NCBI GenBank assembly: GCA_002633005.1
Contig: NMRA01000103.1
Span: 236,495 to 300,494 of the forward strand
DNA: 64,000 bases
DNA from: Phoronis australis
Lineage: Eukaryota > Animalia > Phoronida
Direction: 5' to 3'
Made by a program: the position numbers and the translations under genes. Of the stretch, positions 26,158-40,859 are shown in pieces. The notes below the pieces were generated by a model. The model was not told the DNA's origin. It saw nothing but the letters and a program-made list of their open reading frames with translations, and did not search any database. The first letter of the stretch is position 1. Each line of letters opens with the position of its first letter.

Positions 26158-27054
26158 CATAGGCGGATTTAGGGGGGGCCCAGGGGGCCCGCCCCCCCCC
26201 CCCNNNNNNNNNNNNNNNNNNNNNNNNNNNNNNNNNNNNNNNNNNNNNNNNNNNNNNNNNGGGGGGGGGGGGGGCTCAGATCCAATTTCAAGTGTCAAAT
26301 TCGTAACACGGCGAAATCGTAACGGAACTATGGCTAAGTATAGTAGGCTCTCCCGCGATATCCCAGGCGACCGGCAGTGGCGCTGGGCACTACAACTCCG
26401 TTTCCGTCGTCTGCTCCAATGTTTAATGAAGAAAATTACTTCATTTTTTAAAGAAAATGGAATCTGAGGGATGATGAAAAAAACAGAAGCTGCTAGTAAG
26501 ATGTCAATTTTAATCGAAGCCTCAGTGAATCACTCTTTATCATTACCAAAGCAATTGCGTCATTATTGCCAACACAAAAGACGGATTTGGTCTTTTGGGC
26601 AATTGAAAACTATTTTAAATACAACAAATTTGTTACGAACTGCTATCACAAAATATAAAACATGTAATAAGCATAACAAAAGGAAGGAGGTTTCGCGCGC
26701 AAACGCTGTAGGTCTCTTAGTGTTAAATTAGGATTTAAATCGTGGTGGTGGAGTGGTAAAGCACGCGCGCTCCAACCGACAGGTCGTGTGGAACTTACAG
26801 TTATTCCTGTGTGACACTTTCTCAGAGTTTTGTTTTTTCTTACCTTTTTTTCTTGGATAATACTTCGGGAATCAAGGAAAATGCTTGATTTTTAGAGGAA
26901 AACCAGAAAAATTTCCTGGGCGGGAGATCCGAGCAAACCCCCCTCCCGGCCTCCCCCCATTCGGTGCCATGCGCATCTACAATTGTGCTTTGAGCAAATG
27001 TTTACAGACAAAATGTTGCCCCCCCCCCCTTGTGATATCCTAGATCCGCCACTG
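26158..27054 (+). mobile_element. Non-autonomous hAT5-like DNA transposon, copy 1
   Basis: Ends CATAGGCGGATTTAGG...CCTAGATCCGCCACTG; 5-bp TSD TCACA; homologous along its length to 54736-55669 in the opposite orientation; contains an N gap. Confidence 0.85.
26204..26260. other. Assembly gap (Ns) between poly-C and poly-G runs
   Basis: 57 Ns inside the hAT5-like element. Confidence 0.99.
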
Positions 27055-28519
27055 TCACACTACAATTCAAGCTTGTTGTCGCGAAACTGATTAAGCTCAC
27101 AAGAAGTGACGTTTGCCGAATGAGCTGATGACGATGCACACATGTATGTGTAAGCCAACTGTTACGTATTTAGAGAAATAGTTCACACGCGTACCCCAAA
27201 AGTATTAGACTAGATTAGAGCTACTGATAGTGTCCACTTGTTAGAACTACATGTAAAAACGTATTTTTGTAACTTGTTTGAATAGATGCTAGCGCAGTTA
27301 CTCGGAAATTACCCCGCTATAATTTTTACCGCTGAATAACTGGGATTATCAGCCTTTAAGAGAATCAAAAAACTCGTTGCACGTTATTTTTAAACCCGCT
27401 TAAAAATTACTTCGATTAAAGAGATGTGAAAAATTGGATCCTTTGTAGACGCATTAACATCGCCCTGCGGGTTGTAGTTGATTATTTAACCCTGGCACCT
27501 GAGCGGCACGTCCGATATTAAACTCGGGTACACCTGCACCTTCTTGAAGTATCCCTGGGGTTAATGTTAGTGTGTGTAAACACCAAAAGTATTCTGCTCA
27601 TAGGTATTCTAATACAGTTTTCGTATGTGCTCATACTGTACGTGCAACATCAAGACCCTCGTGACGTTGCCAATGTCGAGGGGCGCCCTCCACGTGAATG
27701 GTCAATTTTATAACTCAGATTGAGTTCACTCTTAATTTTGACACCTTCAAAAGACTACGACAAGAGCACGTCGTTGGACAATGAAAATCACACGGTTGCA
27801 ATAAACTTGACGAAAAAATGCAAATATGTAGGTCTTATTTTTCGGCTGATGCCGGCAGGCATTATGGATGTAAACCGATTCCGTTTCAAAAGTTTAGCAG
27901 TCTTTAAGAAAGACTCTGTTGCGTAAAATACGAGGAGTAAGATTGTCAAAATTTTTTCGCTGAATGAACAAACAAATTTTCATCATTTGCTCTTCTCGTA
28001 GTAGCAAAAAACTTGCCTTATTTACTTGCATAACAGGCAGTGCAAGGATAATTTTAGGAGCGCTCTCCTCGTGAATGGCGCATGGATCATTTCATTGACG
28101 CACTGTGATTGCTAAACTCGGGTCAACGGGCCCATTAAAATTGGAAGCGGAAAAGGTCAAAAATAGCATGGCCCACTGGTCCTCCATGGTTTTAAGTCGC
28201 GTGGGTTAATTCACCAATACCCATGTTTTTCGAAGAGGATCTCTGCAAGTGGTTACCAGTTTGTTGCCAGTGTACGTGTGCACAAATTTGGCCTATCGAC
28301 GGTAGATGTCACTATTTACTATGACCGTGCTTCAACGGCAGAGTTAATTTTAAGGGCGCGTCACTGGGGCATAAAAATTATAACTAGACCCTACGCCGGG
28401 AGCAATAAAACTGTTACAATTTCGCCTAATTTTGTCTTGACGCATTGCATTCTGAATGTAATACAACTGTAATGCGGGAGAGTAGCTGACCAACCAGAAA
28501 TTTTATCAACTAGCTCGCC

Positions 28520-29098
28520 GGAACCCGTTCCAAGAAAACTGACTTAGCTAAGACAGATCTTAACTTTCAATCAATTTTAAGATAAAACTTAAATTTGCCT
28601 CAAGACCGTTTCAAAAAGATTAAAAAACGGACGATCGCCGCACAAATACTGCACGTTAAATAGTCATTAGCCATTCAGCCAGCATGCCACTGATCATCTC
28701 TGAATAACATGCAGAGCTCAGTGACCCTGTAACTATGGTGATGACCAGCTAATTACTATTCCCTGAATCTCTTACTTTACTTTATGGATATTACCTGAGC
28801 TGTATGTTGGCACTTGCTGTCTTTTGTATATAATTATCCTGATGATGTCTAATGAATAGACGAAACGTTGAATTAACATGAACTTTTTTATTTGTGCGGC
28901 GAGGAACGGTCCGCTTTTTAGTCTTACTTTGGACAAAAACTGATGTAATTTCAAAAAAGTTCGACTTAAGTTTTTGACTTAAGGTTTTTCTTAGTAATGA
29001 CTATCTTACCAGATGAGGAAGTTTCAAAGATTGGAATTTGAGACAAATCTTAGACTTAAGTCAAAAATGAACTTAAGTCAGTTTCTTGAAACGTGGCC
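28520..29098. mobile_element. MITE with terminal and internal inverted repeats
   Basis: cgttccaagaaaactgactta at the left end vs taagtcagtttcttgaaacg at the right end; internal IR cgccgcacaaata / tatttgtgcggcg. Confidence 0.65.
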
Positions 29099-29879
29099 AT
29101 TGGCTATAAACAGCACATTGGGAAAATGCAGATCCGAACTGTGGATTTGTGAGTTTAGTTAAACTGAAATGCAATTAGCCGTTCAGACCATTGAAAATCA
29201 CGTGACCATAGACAACTTAATGATGTCTATGTACTCAGTGAGGTAACAGGCGAAATCACGCATAGTTATTTGTCAACACCCAAAATTCGAAACGAAAAGG
29301 GTCACGTACATATTCGATGAGCGGTACCCATATAGGTCCTCAAATTGGCCCAGAGAATTGAAGCCATGTGGGTCAGTGGACTCATAGTCACGTTCTTCTA
29401 AAATCATCCCTGGACAGGGAGACAATTTGGATTTTTGATAGAATTAACCTTATTTCCTAATGTTCAAGTTTAGGCCGAAACTGGTGGTCGAGTCCCCTGG
29501 TTTGAGGAGTAGGGTCATTTATGATTCCTGTATATTTCCCCCTAAGTCAAGTTCCCTTTTATTGCCTTTTGGCAGTCAACACAAAGCGGTGGCAACCTTC
29601 TTTGGCCGCGTTAAAAATCCGATGACGCAACTTTGCGAGTTATTCAGAGCACGCCTCTTTAATTCAAGTTGGTCTCGTTAAACGGTAAAACAAGCTTATA
29701 AAGAAAACTATTATGCGTTTAGGTTTCTACCTAATGAGTTAAATGCTGGATTACTACACATTCTTAATATCAAAATAAATCTCTTACATACTATTGACGC
29801 AAGCTTATGCCTGTTATTTTATCGACCAACCTTTATCCATGTTCAACTGTTGCAGAGACAAAGAACGCGGATTGGTCAA

Positions 29880-30960
29880 GGAAATCTATAGAGGCTAATC
29901 CGTCATCCGTGCTAACGAGTTCTGATGCTTAACTAGCGACAACTACATGCCCAAAGCAAGTGTTGCAGTTCGCACAAAGAGTGATTAAACGCGAGGCAAC
30001 ATTTGTATGCACTTGACTATAATCGTTGTGACAGAAAGGTTTCATTGTTTGAAAAGTTTTGTTTTCACCGCTTTCAAAAATCTGAGAGTGCTGTTGACTG
30101 CGGACACCATTCTTGACCACAATAACACTATTGCTTTATTAGTTCTAACAATCTCAGTAGAATCCAATAGTTACTCCGTAAATGGGTGCAGTGGTAATAC
30201 ACTAACTCCACGTATTGACTCGATTTGACTACATCGCTTCCTTCAAGTAAATAAAAGTAGAGAATGTTCTCATTATGCGATTGTCGTTCACGCAGTGTAA
30301 TAAACACTTCTTGACGTACATGTAAGACCAAGTTTAAGTGAAATGGTTCGGAGAGATCGCAGTCCGCCACATTACTAGAGGCGCTAAACGTCTGTTGACC
30401 AATAACACAGTATTTTAAGCCCATTTGAGTGTTTTAAAGTAACCGGTTTCGATTTCTGCAAAAAATGGCAGCCAACGGCGAGAAATTATGGCAATTTATA
30501 ATGAAATCGCAGTAACTAAACACAGGCCGGGGATTTTGTTACCCAGCGATAATACAAAAATGTGTTTTTGGCTGTAAAACTGACCATGTCTCTTTTAGAA
30601 AGAACCACGCTGTCAGACAATGGCGGACCTCTTTCAGTAACTGAAGAGAATGATATGCATAAAACACGATCGGTTCCTTTACAGGTCGTGAAGTAGTCAT
30701 ATTTTGAAATCCTGCTTGTCTTCGTTTGCTGCTGATGCCAGTCTTCACATCATACATGAAAGTCGCAAATTTTCCAGCCATTTGGGGGCACGTAATTTTG
30801 TCGATCAAATTTGAACTTGCAACTCCATTCAACAATTTCCATGATTCTAATTTCGTGGTAAACGAAGTGTAAAGCAAAGGTGAAATTTAGAAAACCAATT
30901 TAAAAAGACGTGTTGTGGCCAAATACGTTGTGCCATCGGCAAACGTCTCCGTCAAAACAA
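29880..30960 (-). mobile_element. Decayed Crypton-like tyrosine-recombinase (DUF3504-type) relic
   Basis: Frameshifted minus-strand peptides in the expected order: FATFMYDVKT; LLKEVRHCLTA; ITLRERQS; GENKTFQTMKPFC; FNHSL/RTAT (HxxR box); degenerate MTG(H)ASIDSL. Confidence 0.5.
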
Positions 30961-33900
30961 CCTGGGTGGTGAGCAGGGAACTCTGGCTATAGCGAGCGGA
31001 AGAAATACATTTCATATGCATCTGTTTTGTTTGTCCGTTATCAACAGTTCCGTACTACACGTATCCTAGGCTTAAAATTTATGTCACTGCAACATCTTCA
31101 TATGTAATCTACCTATCTTTGGTCAATGTGGGAGACGGAAACGGCCGGAAGTCCCGCCAATAACGAGGTCTTGCGGCCTACATTTGTATGATGCAGGCTT
31201 TCTAAAATGCGCACCTACCGGGTATAAAGATTCGGTTTCCCAAATCAGCTTTCAGATTTTTCGTTAAACTTAAAAAATATGATTAAGGAAAAGAAATTGA
31301 GATACGAAAATACAATTTTATTATTCATGTTCACTTATCACTGAGGTGGTCACAAACATTCAACAAAATCAGAATTCGCAAAATTACGTTTCACTCTGCA
31401 CATACATGCATGTACACATGCACGCACACACACGCGCGCGCGCGCACCCGCACATACACACACATACACACAAATATATACAGCAATGCAATTTCAATCA
31501 CTGGCAGAATAAAATGGGTTTCAGCGGCTCCCATTTTTATGCAAATAAAAGGATTTGTGGTAGTTTCCGAAAATGCTTTCCGTCCATGGGATTCCGCAAC
31601 AGATAAATTTTTGTGTTGGCAAACCAACTCCCGCGCCCATGTTCTGGCCACTTAAATGTGATTAGGTGTCGGATTAAGCCAGGTTTATCGGGGACTTTTA
31701 GCAAAACATTGTCTGAAGCCTCACTCTGAGCTCATTGATAGACACAATCCCTGCCGGTCGCTAAAATGTCTTACCTCCAACTCTGAGATGTTACTATGCT
31801 GGGGAGACAGAATTTTGGAACTCCCTGGCCTTGGTCGACAATTTTTTTCACCCCATCCTCGGTCAGCACATCTCAAAGCGCTGCTGTGGTTACGAAGCGT
31901 ACGCCTAAGCCGAGGCTTACATGTAATTGGTTTAATGGATAATCCGGAACTGCAGTCACTGCTGCATGGAATTTAATTTTGGCCCATAATACAAAGAGAA
32001 CTACAGAGGCGGATTCATCATTCTATTGGCTCTGAGCTCGAGCAGGAAATTAATATAGTAACACCAAAGATAATGTACCTTTTAGCGCTCAATAATACGC
32101 CACATTCCAGGTGCACCTTTGACCCCGTCATAAAATAACGACAGAAAAAAAACGTTTTGCCACAGTTGTTTTATTTACCGAGGCGCTCCTAGATTCAACG
32201 TTTTGTAAAATACGAAGTGTCAACTATCCAACCACACCAGTTGCACATTTGCATTTGTGTAATATAATGGTAATATAAAATGTATCCCGTCAATATTGTC
32301 GTTGTGGTAATTACAAACAGGATCATGATCACAAACTTAGGCCAGTGTAGGTCGAAGTAAAAAATTCTCGCAGGCTTCGCAAGCGAAACTTACAATGAAG
32401 CAGTCTTCACTACCGCTGGAGATTATCACGGCCAACTTCTTATAATACAAACTTTCTTTGGTCAACAGTTTTGCACGAAGTAAGCGCACTATACAGTCCC
32501 CTCAGGGCCTTGTGGCACCAACGCTACATGAACCTATACACGTATGTCTCAATACGGGAAAACCGAGTGGGAACCGACTTGGCGTGATACAAGGCTGGAC
32601 GAGAAGCACATTCACTTTTTAACTTGGACAAACTTGCCCGTTTTCGGACGTCCTCATCTTGTTTCGTCAAAATGTTAAGACTGACTCAGAATGACTTTGG
32701 CGTGACACGGTGTAGTTTTACACGTCAGTGACTTACTAGCCATGTAAAAACGTAGACGCCAGTGATCGGTTGCATGTTCCATAAATTTTCCATGCATTTG
32801 TAGACTCAATTTTGCTCTATTTTTCAATTCCACTTTATCTTTTTGTGGGTTCCTTTTGTGACATATTCTAACAATATATCTGAAAATTGAGGCCTTGCTT
32901 CAATGAAAGTAAATCACATGGACTATGTCGTAAATTAGGGGCGCTGCATACATAGGTCATAAAATAACGTTTACTCTTGATATATATCACAAAGTCCACA
33001 AATGTGCTAACAATTTATGGAACATAGCTCAGCCTCTGTCGGGACCATTTCATGCGATGCGTGTTATAATGCCCTTTTTATCAACGGGCGTGAATCCGGA
33101 GTGCGTTCCGTAAACCAAGAGATCACGCAAGACCACGCAAAAACACGTCAATGAACGTTGGCCTTATTTGCAAATGTTTGACGCCTTAGTATTGTAACCC
33201 AGTGAAGCGGCGGCCACTGAAGTGATTGGTCGGTGAGGTTGGAATGTTGAGTTATGGGATAGATATTCATTGTCTCCGTTCAATAAGCGAACTCTTTTCG
33301 TCGTTATTTTGTTCATGGCTAATACATGTATCTTTGGTCTGCGGAACTCAGCCCTCGGATCTTTTCATGAAAAATAAAAGATACTCTTGTCTTTACATAA
33401 ATCAGTTTAAACACAGTATGAGTTTAGTTAGTCGAAAATACCAATAAAATATAAACAATACTGATCTTTCAGCCCTCTTTGCTCTATGTGTTTGCCTTAA
33501 TGTACATGTACCGTTAGTTTTAAGTTTTGTTAAAATGTGGTCGGGAAATCCACGGAAACCTCATTACATATGGCGGCAGTAGAGTGAGTACCCACAATAC
33601 ATGAGTCATATGTCACTAATTGCGGCGGCCATTTTAGGTGGTAGTGGAACACTGAAAATAAAAATTAAACGAAAAAATCGCACAAAATTCAACTAAAGAT
33701 AATATACCCACTTCATTTTAGTTAAAAACTTTATAAACGGAATTTAACATAAGTTATTTCAGTTAAAACTCAAGTCCGAATAATACTCACTCACAATGTA
33801 ACTATATGTACGGCAGATTGACGACCTTTGTTAAAACGAGATTCATGCGCATATCTAGAATCCAAACAGATTTTCAAATTTTTGCATATTGTTTTCAACG

Positions 33901-34188
33901 CTTTTACGGACATTGTCCAGGAAACTTATACAATGCAATACAAACTGGTTGGACAAGTTTTCATGCCGTCGACGCCAAATATCAATACTTTGGCAACAAA
34001 ACTTGAAGATGTCAGCGATCATTCCATTGAAAGCTTTCTGTTACCTTCCACAACTGTAGGTACATGATCACACTTTAATATTTTTGCACCGTCACATGTA
34101 ACAAGTCTACAGTAGGTGCCAAACACAGCGTTATTGAAATGTTTTTCAATTTTCTGCTGGCAAGCGAGTACTTAAGTCAGCTTTACAA

Positions 34189-34305
34189 CTAACTTGTCTC
34201 AAAGTCTGAAACATTGTCTTCATATTCCGCAGATTGATCCGAACATGACGGCTTTTTGGTCACCTTTTTATGCTTCATGCGTCTGTTTTGAAACCACGTT
34301 TTCAC
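34189..34305 (-). CDS. Bsx: Bsx exon 3 (recognition helix and short acidic tail)
   Basis: aaattgcag|[38 protein letters not shown]. Confidence 0.95.
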   Translation of the reverse strand: MKTWFQNRRMKHKKVTKKPSCSDQSAEYEDNVSDFETS

Positions 34306-37300
34306 CTGCAATTTAGTATGCATAGAATGAGAGATAAAGTTTGAATCGTGACGTGCATGTACATACATATGTTACGTTAAAACCACTCGAAGACACTCCT
34401 GTCTTCCGCTTCATTTTCGTCAATTCGTGATACAAAAAAGATCACGGTCAACGTCTGCCAAAATGAGGAACTCTAAACATGTGCTCGTACTTTCCCACAA
34501 AAATCGACCCTATTCTTATATATTTTCGTGATAATCTGAGTTCCTGGTTACCGTCTAGTTTGAAATTCCTGCGTTTAAGGGTAAAATGGCCCAATTTTGA
34601 ATATTCGACACTAGAAAAACAAACAAATACATGTACGCAGAGGCAATGTAAAATTGGCTGCATAGGGATATTTCGCTTCCTAATTTCTCCAGTGTTTGGA
34701 CGTGACATAAAGTCAAAGATATCTTCGCAACATAAATGCCTTTTCCAAACATTTTGTAGAAGGGGGTACAGGAAATTCATACGATTGTATATACAGGGTG
34801 TCCCAGGAATGATCTCGGGATATACAAATCTGGGAGTTCAAGTTCAGTTCCCGCCATCAGTCTGCGCCCGGGAACCTGGCTTCTGTGTTATTACACCTTG
34901 CTGTAAAATAGGCGAACCGTCACGTGCTCTGTACGTACGCGAATAGCAAACTAAATGCTCTGGAGAACAAAAACTTATCGCGCAATGCTATCGGAAACTC
35001 AAAAACGTCAAGTTTTGATTTAGGTCAGTGGTTTTCTCTTGCTCCTTATTCAGTTCGGAAGCGATTCCATGAGCTTGGTTTAGAGAAACAAAAAATATCA
35101 TTTTCCCGAACCCAGAACTCACCTTTAATTTGACTAAGGATTATTTTGATACCAATATCATAGTAGAAGGTGCCTAAATCAAAATTTGTTTCTTTACAGA
35201 AACCACTGGTTTAATGGTGCCTAACGGAGTTCGACACAGTTTACCGAAAAGCCGAAAAGCAGCCGTTCTTTTACGACGCTGACTAACCCATAAAACACTT
35301 GAATGCGATTTTGTAATTCAAACAACAGATTATTTACTTTGAAAATGTCGGGCGGGCGACATCAAAATTTCAGTGACGTCATGCTCAGCAATACACAACA
35401 CCTAGTGAAAATATTTGGTGTGACTTACTATAGACAGCCATTTTGAATTTATTAAAGAAGAAATTTGTTCGTCTTATATTGTTACCATCAACTTATTTCA
35501 TTTCATAATGCCAACAACATAACTAAATCTAGTAAAATGCACTGGGGTAAGAGAAATTTTCAAACGGCGCACATTCTCATTGGACGCTGTTCGAGCTAAA
35601 ATACCACGAAGTCAGCTACCCTTATTTTTTTCTTCTTCAATAGAATATGCAATGGGTATCAAATCAAAATACAAAAGAAAAAAATCAACGGTGTAACGTG
35701 TTAGGGTAGTAGTGTTTGTAGAAGCCATCCAGCTAAACTTTGGATCACTCAAAATCCAGGAAAAACGATTACCTACCCCGACGTAAGAAAATAAGTAAAT
35801 TGAAAAATATGTTTAAAGCCGGAAAACATAAAACTGACATCGTGTAAGGAAATAAACCCATTTTCAAAAGTATTTTAGTCACTAATTTAACTAGAAGTGC
35901 TTTTTTAATAACCATTGAAAATTTTTTATTTTACGAAAGGTGCCTTGTTTAGGCGGCCGTAAGGAACATACTAATTCGTAGGCGCGAGCATACCTGTTTT
36001 GCAAATTTGTAGTTAGACAGACAAAATACAAAATATGGAAATTTAAAAGCTCAATTGTAAATTGAAACTGTGTCAAAAACCCTTAAATCAGTAATTAATG
36101 TACGATGCAGTTATTAATTGTCATTTGAATCGCACCCTGACAAACTTACATACTAAATGTACAAGTACATTCACACTTGGGGACTGTGGAAGACTTTGGA
36201 GATATACAAAAACTCAAAAGACATTTTGTGATATAATGCGATTGTTAGGTCGTTTTTTCAAGTTTATGTTATGCTCATATAAATAGTTGCACTGCGCACG
36301 AGCAGTGGACATTGCTTCCGGCAGAACCATGACTGTGGTCCTTAGACCGGAACGCGAGAACCTCCAGCCTCACGAAAATGCTAGATAATGCAAGACTTCG
36401 GGAGATATCATTAGTCATGTACGTGATCACACTAGCTGCCTTCACGACCTCGCCAGTACGACCGGTTTTAGAGCCGGTTTAGGACTACCTTTCGTGGATG
36501 CAAGAAACTCGCAAAAACTCAAGATCACGCAAGTCGTCCCGATATACCATAATTCACTGCAAGTGAAGCACGGGGTCAGCGTTTCTCTCGAGCATCTTGC
36601 TTCTGTGAAACGCAGCCCACAAGACTGGTGAAAGAAGCAAATGTGATAATGTAATACCATGTACTTGTACATGGCGGTAGCTCGCGCGATCTTGCCTTTT
36701 CGTGTAGTTCCCGTGTCTGCGGATCTCAACCCTGGACAACGATCGGGAGCTGTGAAACTCGTCCGTACATGTACATGTATCATCTAGACACGCCGACAGT
36801 ACGCACCTGTCCCTCCAAAACCACAAGCTTGCATAAACTGTAAAAAGCGACCACAAACCTGTGTTTCTGTCAAATTCAGGTGGTTCGCTAAATCGATTCT
36901 TTCAGGCGTCGACAAATAACGCTGTGTGTCGAACCTTGTCTCGAGCCCGTGGAGCTGGTGATCGCTGAAGACGGTTCGTGCCTTTCGGCGTCGGCTGTGT
37001 TTTCCAGAAGTGTCCTGGTGGAAGTAATGAGTAAATGGGAAACCTGCAAAAATAAAAGAATTGTGAAAATTTTTTGTTTTGCAGACGGGTATTTCGTCGC
37101 ATTGTGTTTGCGCGTGACGTGTGGGTATCGAAGGAATACATGACTGGATACAATGAAACTGGAAGGTAATATCTTTAACGTGATGTAATATTATCGATTT
37201 TTAAATCGATAATATAACTTAAAAGTTTTCAACTTGCTGTGCCTTTTTAAAGCACGGTCCACGTATAAATGTGAACAGATGAAAGAAAACAAAACCATGT

Positions 37301-40300
37301 TTCTTACGGATGCAATTTTTGTCATCCACTTTTGTAATCCTGAACAAAGAAAAATCCAGCGATGCATAAATCGCACAACGAAATTTATGTCCTCAATTTC
37401 TGTGACAAGACCATTTCGTAACGACGATTCTTTTATTACATTTTTATCAGCAAAATGGAATAATTTGATCACATTATACTCATGGTGATTGGCCAACAGT
37501 TGTATTAAAAGCCCTTTCTGATTGGTAAAATATACCTATGCTTTTATAATCCCTCTCAATTCAAAGCACTTACAATAACTTACTCGTTTTGAATAGTATT
37601 GTGAACCCCCCTCCTATCGCTAAAAGAGAAACGGCATTAAGACATTTCAATTGTTCATTTTTATTAACAGGAGTAAGAGGGACCTTGGCAGACGAGCTGA
37701 ACGCTGTTACACCGTCTAGCCAAAACGCTTTACCCAATTGAAGAATTATAGGCGGGTCATTAGGAAACAAAATTGCAGGGAGTTAACAAATTAACTTGTC
37801 AATTGGCGGCTAAAATGTTAAAAGAACGACTGCAGGTAAATGAAGGATCCGGGCAATTAGTCCTGCTTTTTATTATTGGGGATTTGAGAATAAATTATAA
37901 AATAGTTTCAATAATTTCAGACACCAGAAAATGGCCACGTGTTAGATTTTGTGATAAATAATCTTTTTGCGTTGTCTTTTTAACAACGCAGGGCTGTAAA
38001 TCACATGAAACACAATGACTGGCTTTAAGGGAATAAGTGTGTTGCATGCGCAACCATAATTTAAGTGCTATACTTTTACGGCGAATTTGGAAATTGGGAA
38101 ATTTTGTTGCGTGTTTTGTGGAATCAGAAAGCTGTCTTGTGTGCGTGACCAGACAAAACTCCATTTATCGTAAACAATCACTTAAATCCCTCATTGTACA
38201 TTTGTCCTATTTAAATTAGTTACCATCCTTTAAAATATTAAAATATTTTACTTGTCAGGGTCGGGTGCAATGGCCACATTATGTAATTTACAATGAATTA
38301 TCAGGGTTATAATTTTAAGATAACATTCAGTATTACCGCATATGCTGGTTTGTGGCCAAATGTACATGTAGTTTTCTCTTCGTCACTGAAATGCTTTTTA
38401 CAAAACCAGTGAGTGTTTCGATAGTGTTGACCGCAAGACAGTTATCACAGTCAAGAAGGTTGTAGGTGCATGACGCAAGTAAAATTTTCTTAATTTTACG
38501 CTTTGCATTCGTCATTTCCTCTTTATTTTGTTTAAGTGACAAAAACAATCGTTTTCCGAAATCAGCCCCAACATGGACCGTATCCAAACTTCTTGCCTCC
38601 TAACTAAACGCTGTGCTGGTTGAGCTAATTTGCACTCCGTTAATGGTGGAGTATTTTAAGCATAATTATTGGTAAAGTCACAGACCTTGAAACCATCGAA
38701 TGTAAAGGAGACAGTGGCGAGAATTGGTGATTTGTTATTAGATCAAGGAAGGACAAACTTCAAGAAGTCTATCACATGCATCAACAATCGTCAAAATGCG
38801 ACAATGTCCGTTCAACGCTTTATAAACCGAATCGAACCACGACTCATATTAAATGAGGTACCTTTCCAAATTATACTCTGTCTTAAAATAACAGCGTTTT
38901 TCTTGAATGAATAGAATTTACAATTTTTAAGCATGATTTTTAGACAGCCATTGATCGATTGGCCGAAAAGATCCTACAGGCGTTCAATTTTTGAAACCTA
39001 CATTTAAATGACAAGCGTACGTAAAAAAGCGAGCTTACGTAAAGGATTTAAAATCTTATATGTTTTGGTTGAAGAAATTCGCTTGATGTCCTAAATAAGT
39101 AAGCAATATATTTAAGTTGAAGTAAAGTCATTACGGGATTTTAATCGTCTGTCACAAGTAATCTTACGTCGAGCGGGTCGATTACATTGCAAACAATATT
39201 TTGTTACCTCTTCGTGCCGACATAGAAATAGCAGGGAACGATTGCCAAAAATTTAATAACTAACATAGAAGTACAATAATCACATCCTATTATCGAATTA
39301 ATCAAATTCAAAACGGGTCTTGAAAATTCTTCAATTAATGCTAAATAAAAAATATCCATAAAGTGATAATGCAAATCCAGTATCAAGTACCACGTCCTAA
39401 CTAAAAGCATTATTTCTCAATTTGGACAACTTAAATTTCGGAATTTTGTGGCTTGTTAGAAACTAACATGATGAAGAAAAAATGAAAGTTAAGCTTAATT
39501 TTTAGCACTCTTAATTAGCTGCATTACCTCTCGTAGTTACGGCGTTAATTGCTGCCAATTGTGTAACTATCGAAAGCGGCTGATAAGTGTGCAGAGGACA
39601 TTTTGCAATCCAGCAAAACACGCATTAAATTTTACTTTTATACATAATCTCCGTTGTATACAAACCAGGTTTGTCGCAGTTTATGTTATACAGAATCCTT
39701 TGCAATAGGTTATGATTTCTGTCCGTGGGAAGTTTTATTGAAATGTTGTTAAGCGAATACGAAGTATTAACGTCAGCTCATCGTCGGTCAGACACGATAA
39801 TTGCAATTTCCCTGTCTGTCACGCGAAGGCAGGCGGACTGACACAGGCGATATCTGCTAAACACACCATGACTACTATAAAGGAGTGTAACTCGACTTTG
39901 TCAAACAGTTAACAAATTACCGTGTTCTACAGCACTGTACAGGCAATCAGGGAACTCGTGGTCGTCAGATTATCGGACTTCAGTGTACCGTAATGACACG
40001 TGTGACATCGCACAAGTGGTAGATAGTGGTGATCGTCCTATAGGTGTTTTTTCATGATCAAAAAGTGCGTAGTACTTCTGAACTAAGCTTGACCACGTCA
40101 CCTGAGGACGAGCTTGCTTTTCTCAGTATTCTATTCCGTTACTGGACTGCACTGCACACTTTAGTAACGGTTGCCCTGTGAACCTGAACGCCACCAGCCA
40201 AGGCTTGAGAATATTAGCGGAAAATTTTGGGCTTCTGGCTTGATTAATGATTTCAAGCTACAACTTTTGTCTGGAGCATGCACACCTAATGGTTCCGAGC

Positions 40301-40772
40301 CTATTGTGGAAGTGTTGAAAATAAATCTAAATAAAAAAAAATGTTATATTACATTTTATGTAGATAAAAACAACGTTATGCCGAATCGCTCACATGTCCG
40401 ATTTCAATTATTAGCAAACTATATCAAACAGACTTGAAATTTTTTCGCTTTCTGCATCACCAACTTACCGTGGGTAGTAAGGACAAACGGTCGGTGAGGG
40501 AGAGACTTGGCCGCCAAAAATTGACTAACATCTCCAGCCACTGTGCATGGGCTTACAGGGAATCCAAATGTTGTCGACGAAACGGCGGCATACGACGGGT
40601 AAGTGCATCTCAAAGGTCCCGGGATCCTGTTCTGGACCAAAACCATGTCTTTGAAATCAGAGTTTCGCGCTTTTGGCTTTTCCAGTAAAATGTCATCAAT
40701 TTTAAAAGACGTCGTCGATGGTTTTCTCGGCGTTGGCAAAACCATTGTTGAATTGCTGGCAAGAAAATCCAT
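34189..40772 (-). CDS. Bsx: Brain-specific homeobox protein (3 exons, 201 aa)
   Basis: Exons 40772-40469, 37043-36859, 34305-34189 are phase-consistent. Homeodomain [49 protein letters not shown]|[14 protein letters not shown] matches the BSX/Bsh signature. N-terminal eh1 motif TSFKIDDIL; intron between homeodomain residues 44 and 45. Confidence 0.95.
36859..37043 (-). CDS. Bsx: Bsx exon 2 (homeodomain helices 1-2)
   Basis: tttttgcag|(G)[61 protein letters not shown]|gtttgt. Confidence 0.95.
40469..40772 (-). CDS. Bsx: Bsx exon 1 (eh1/TN motif)
   Basis: [30 protein letters not shown]...PFVLTTH, then G|GTAAGT donor. Confidence 0.88.
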
Positions 40773-40859
40773 GGTATAGACTTCGAAAAAGCCTATCTTT
40801 CGTGTATTAAGTGTTGTCCGCAGTGACTGCAAGTCGTCAGGGAATTGTATTGTTTCCTT

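Noticed and set aside
34448-34946. 155-aa and 110-aa ORFs in Bsx intron 2
   Set aside because: No domain features or splice support; chance ORFs.
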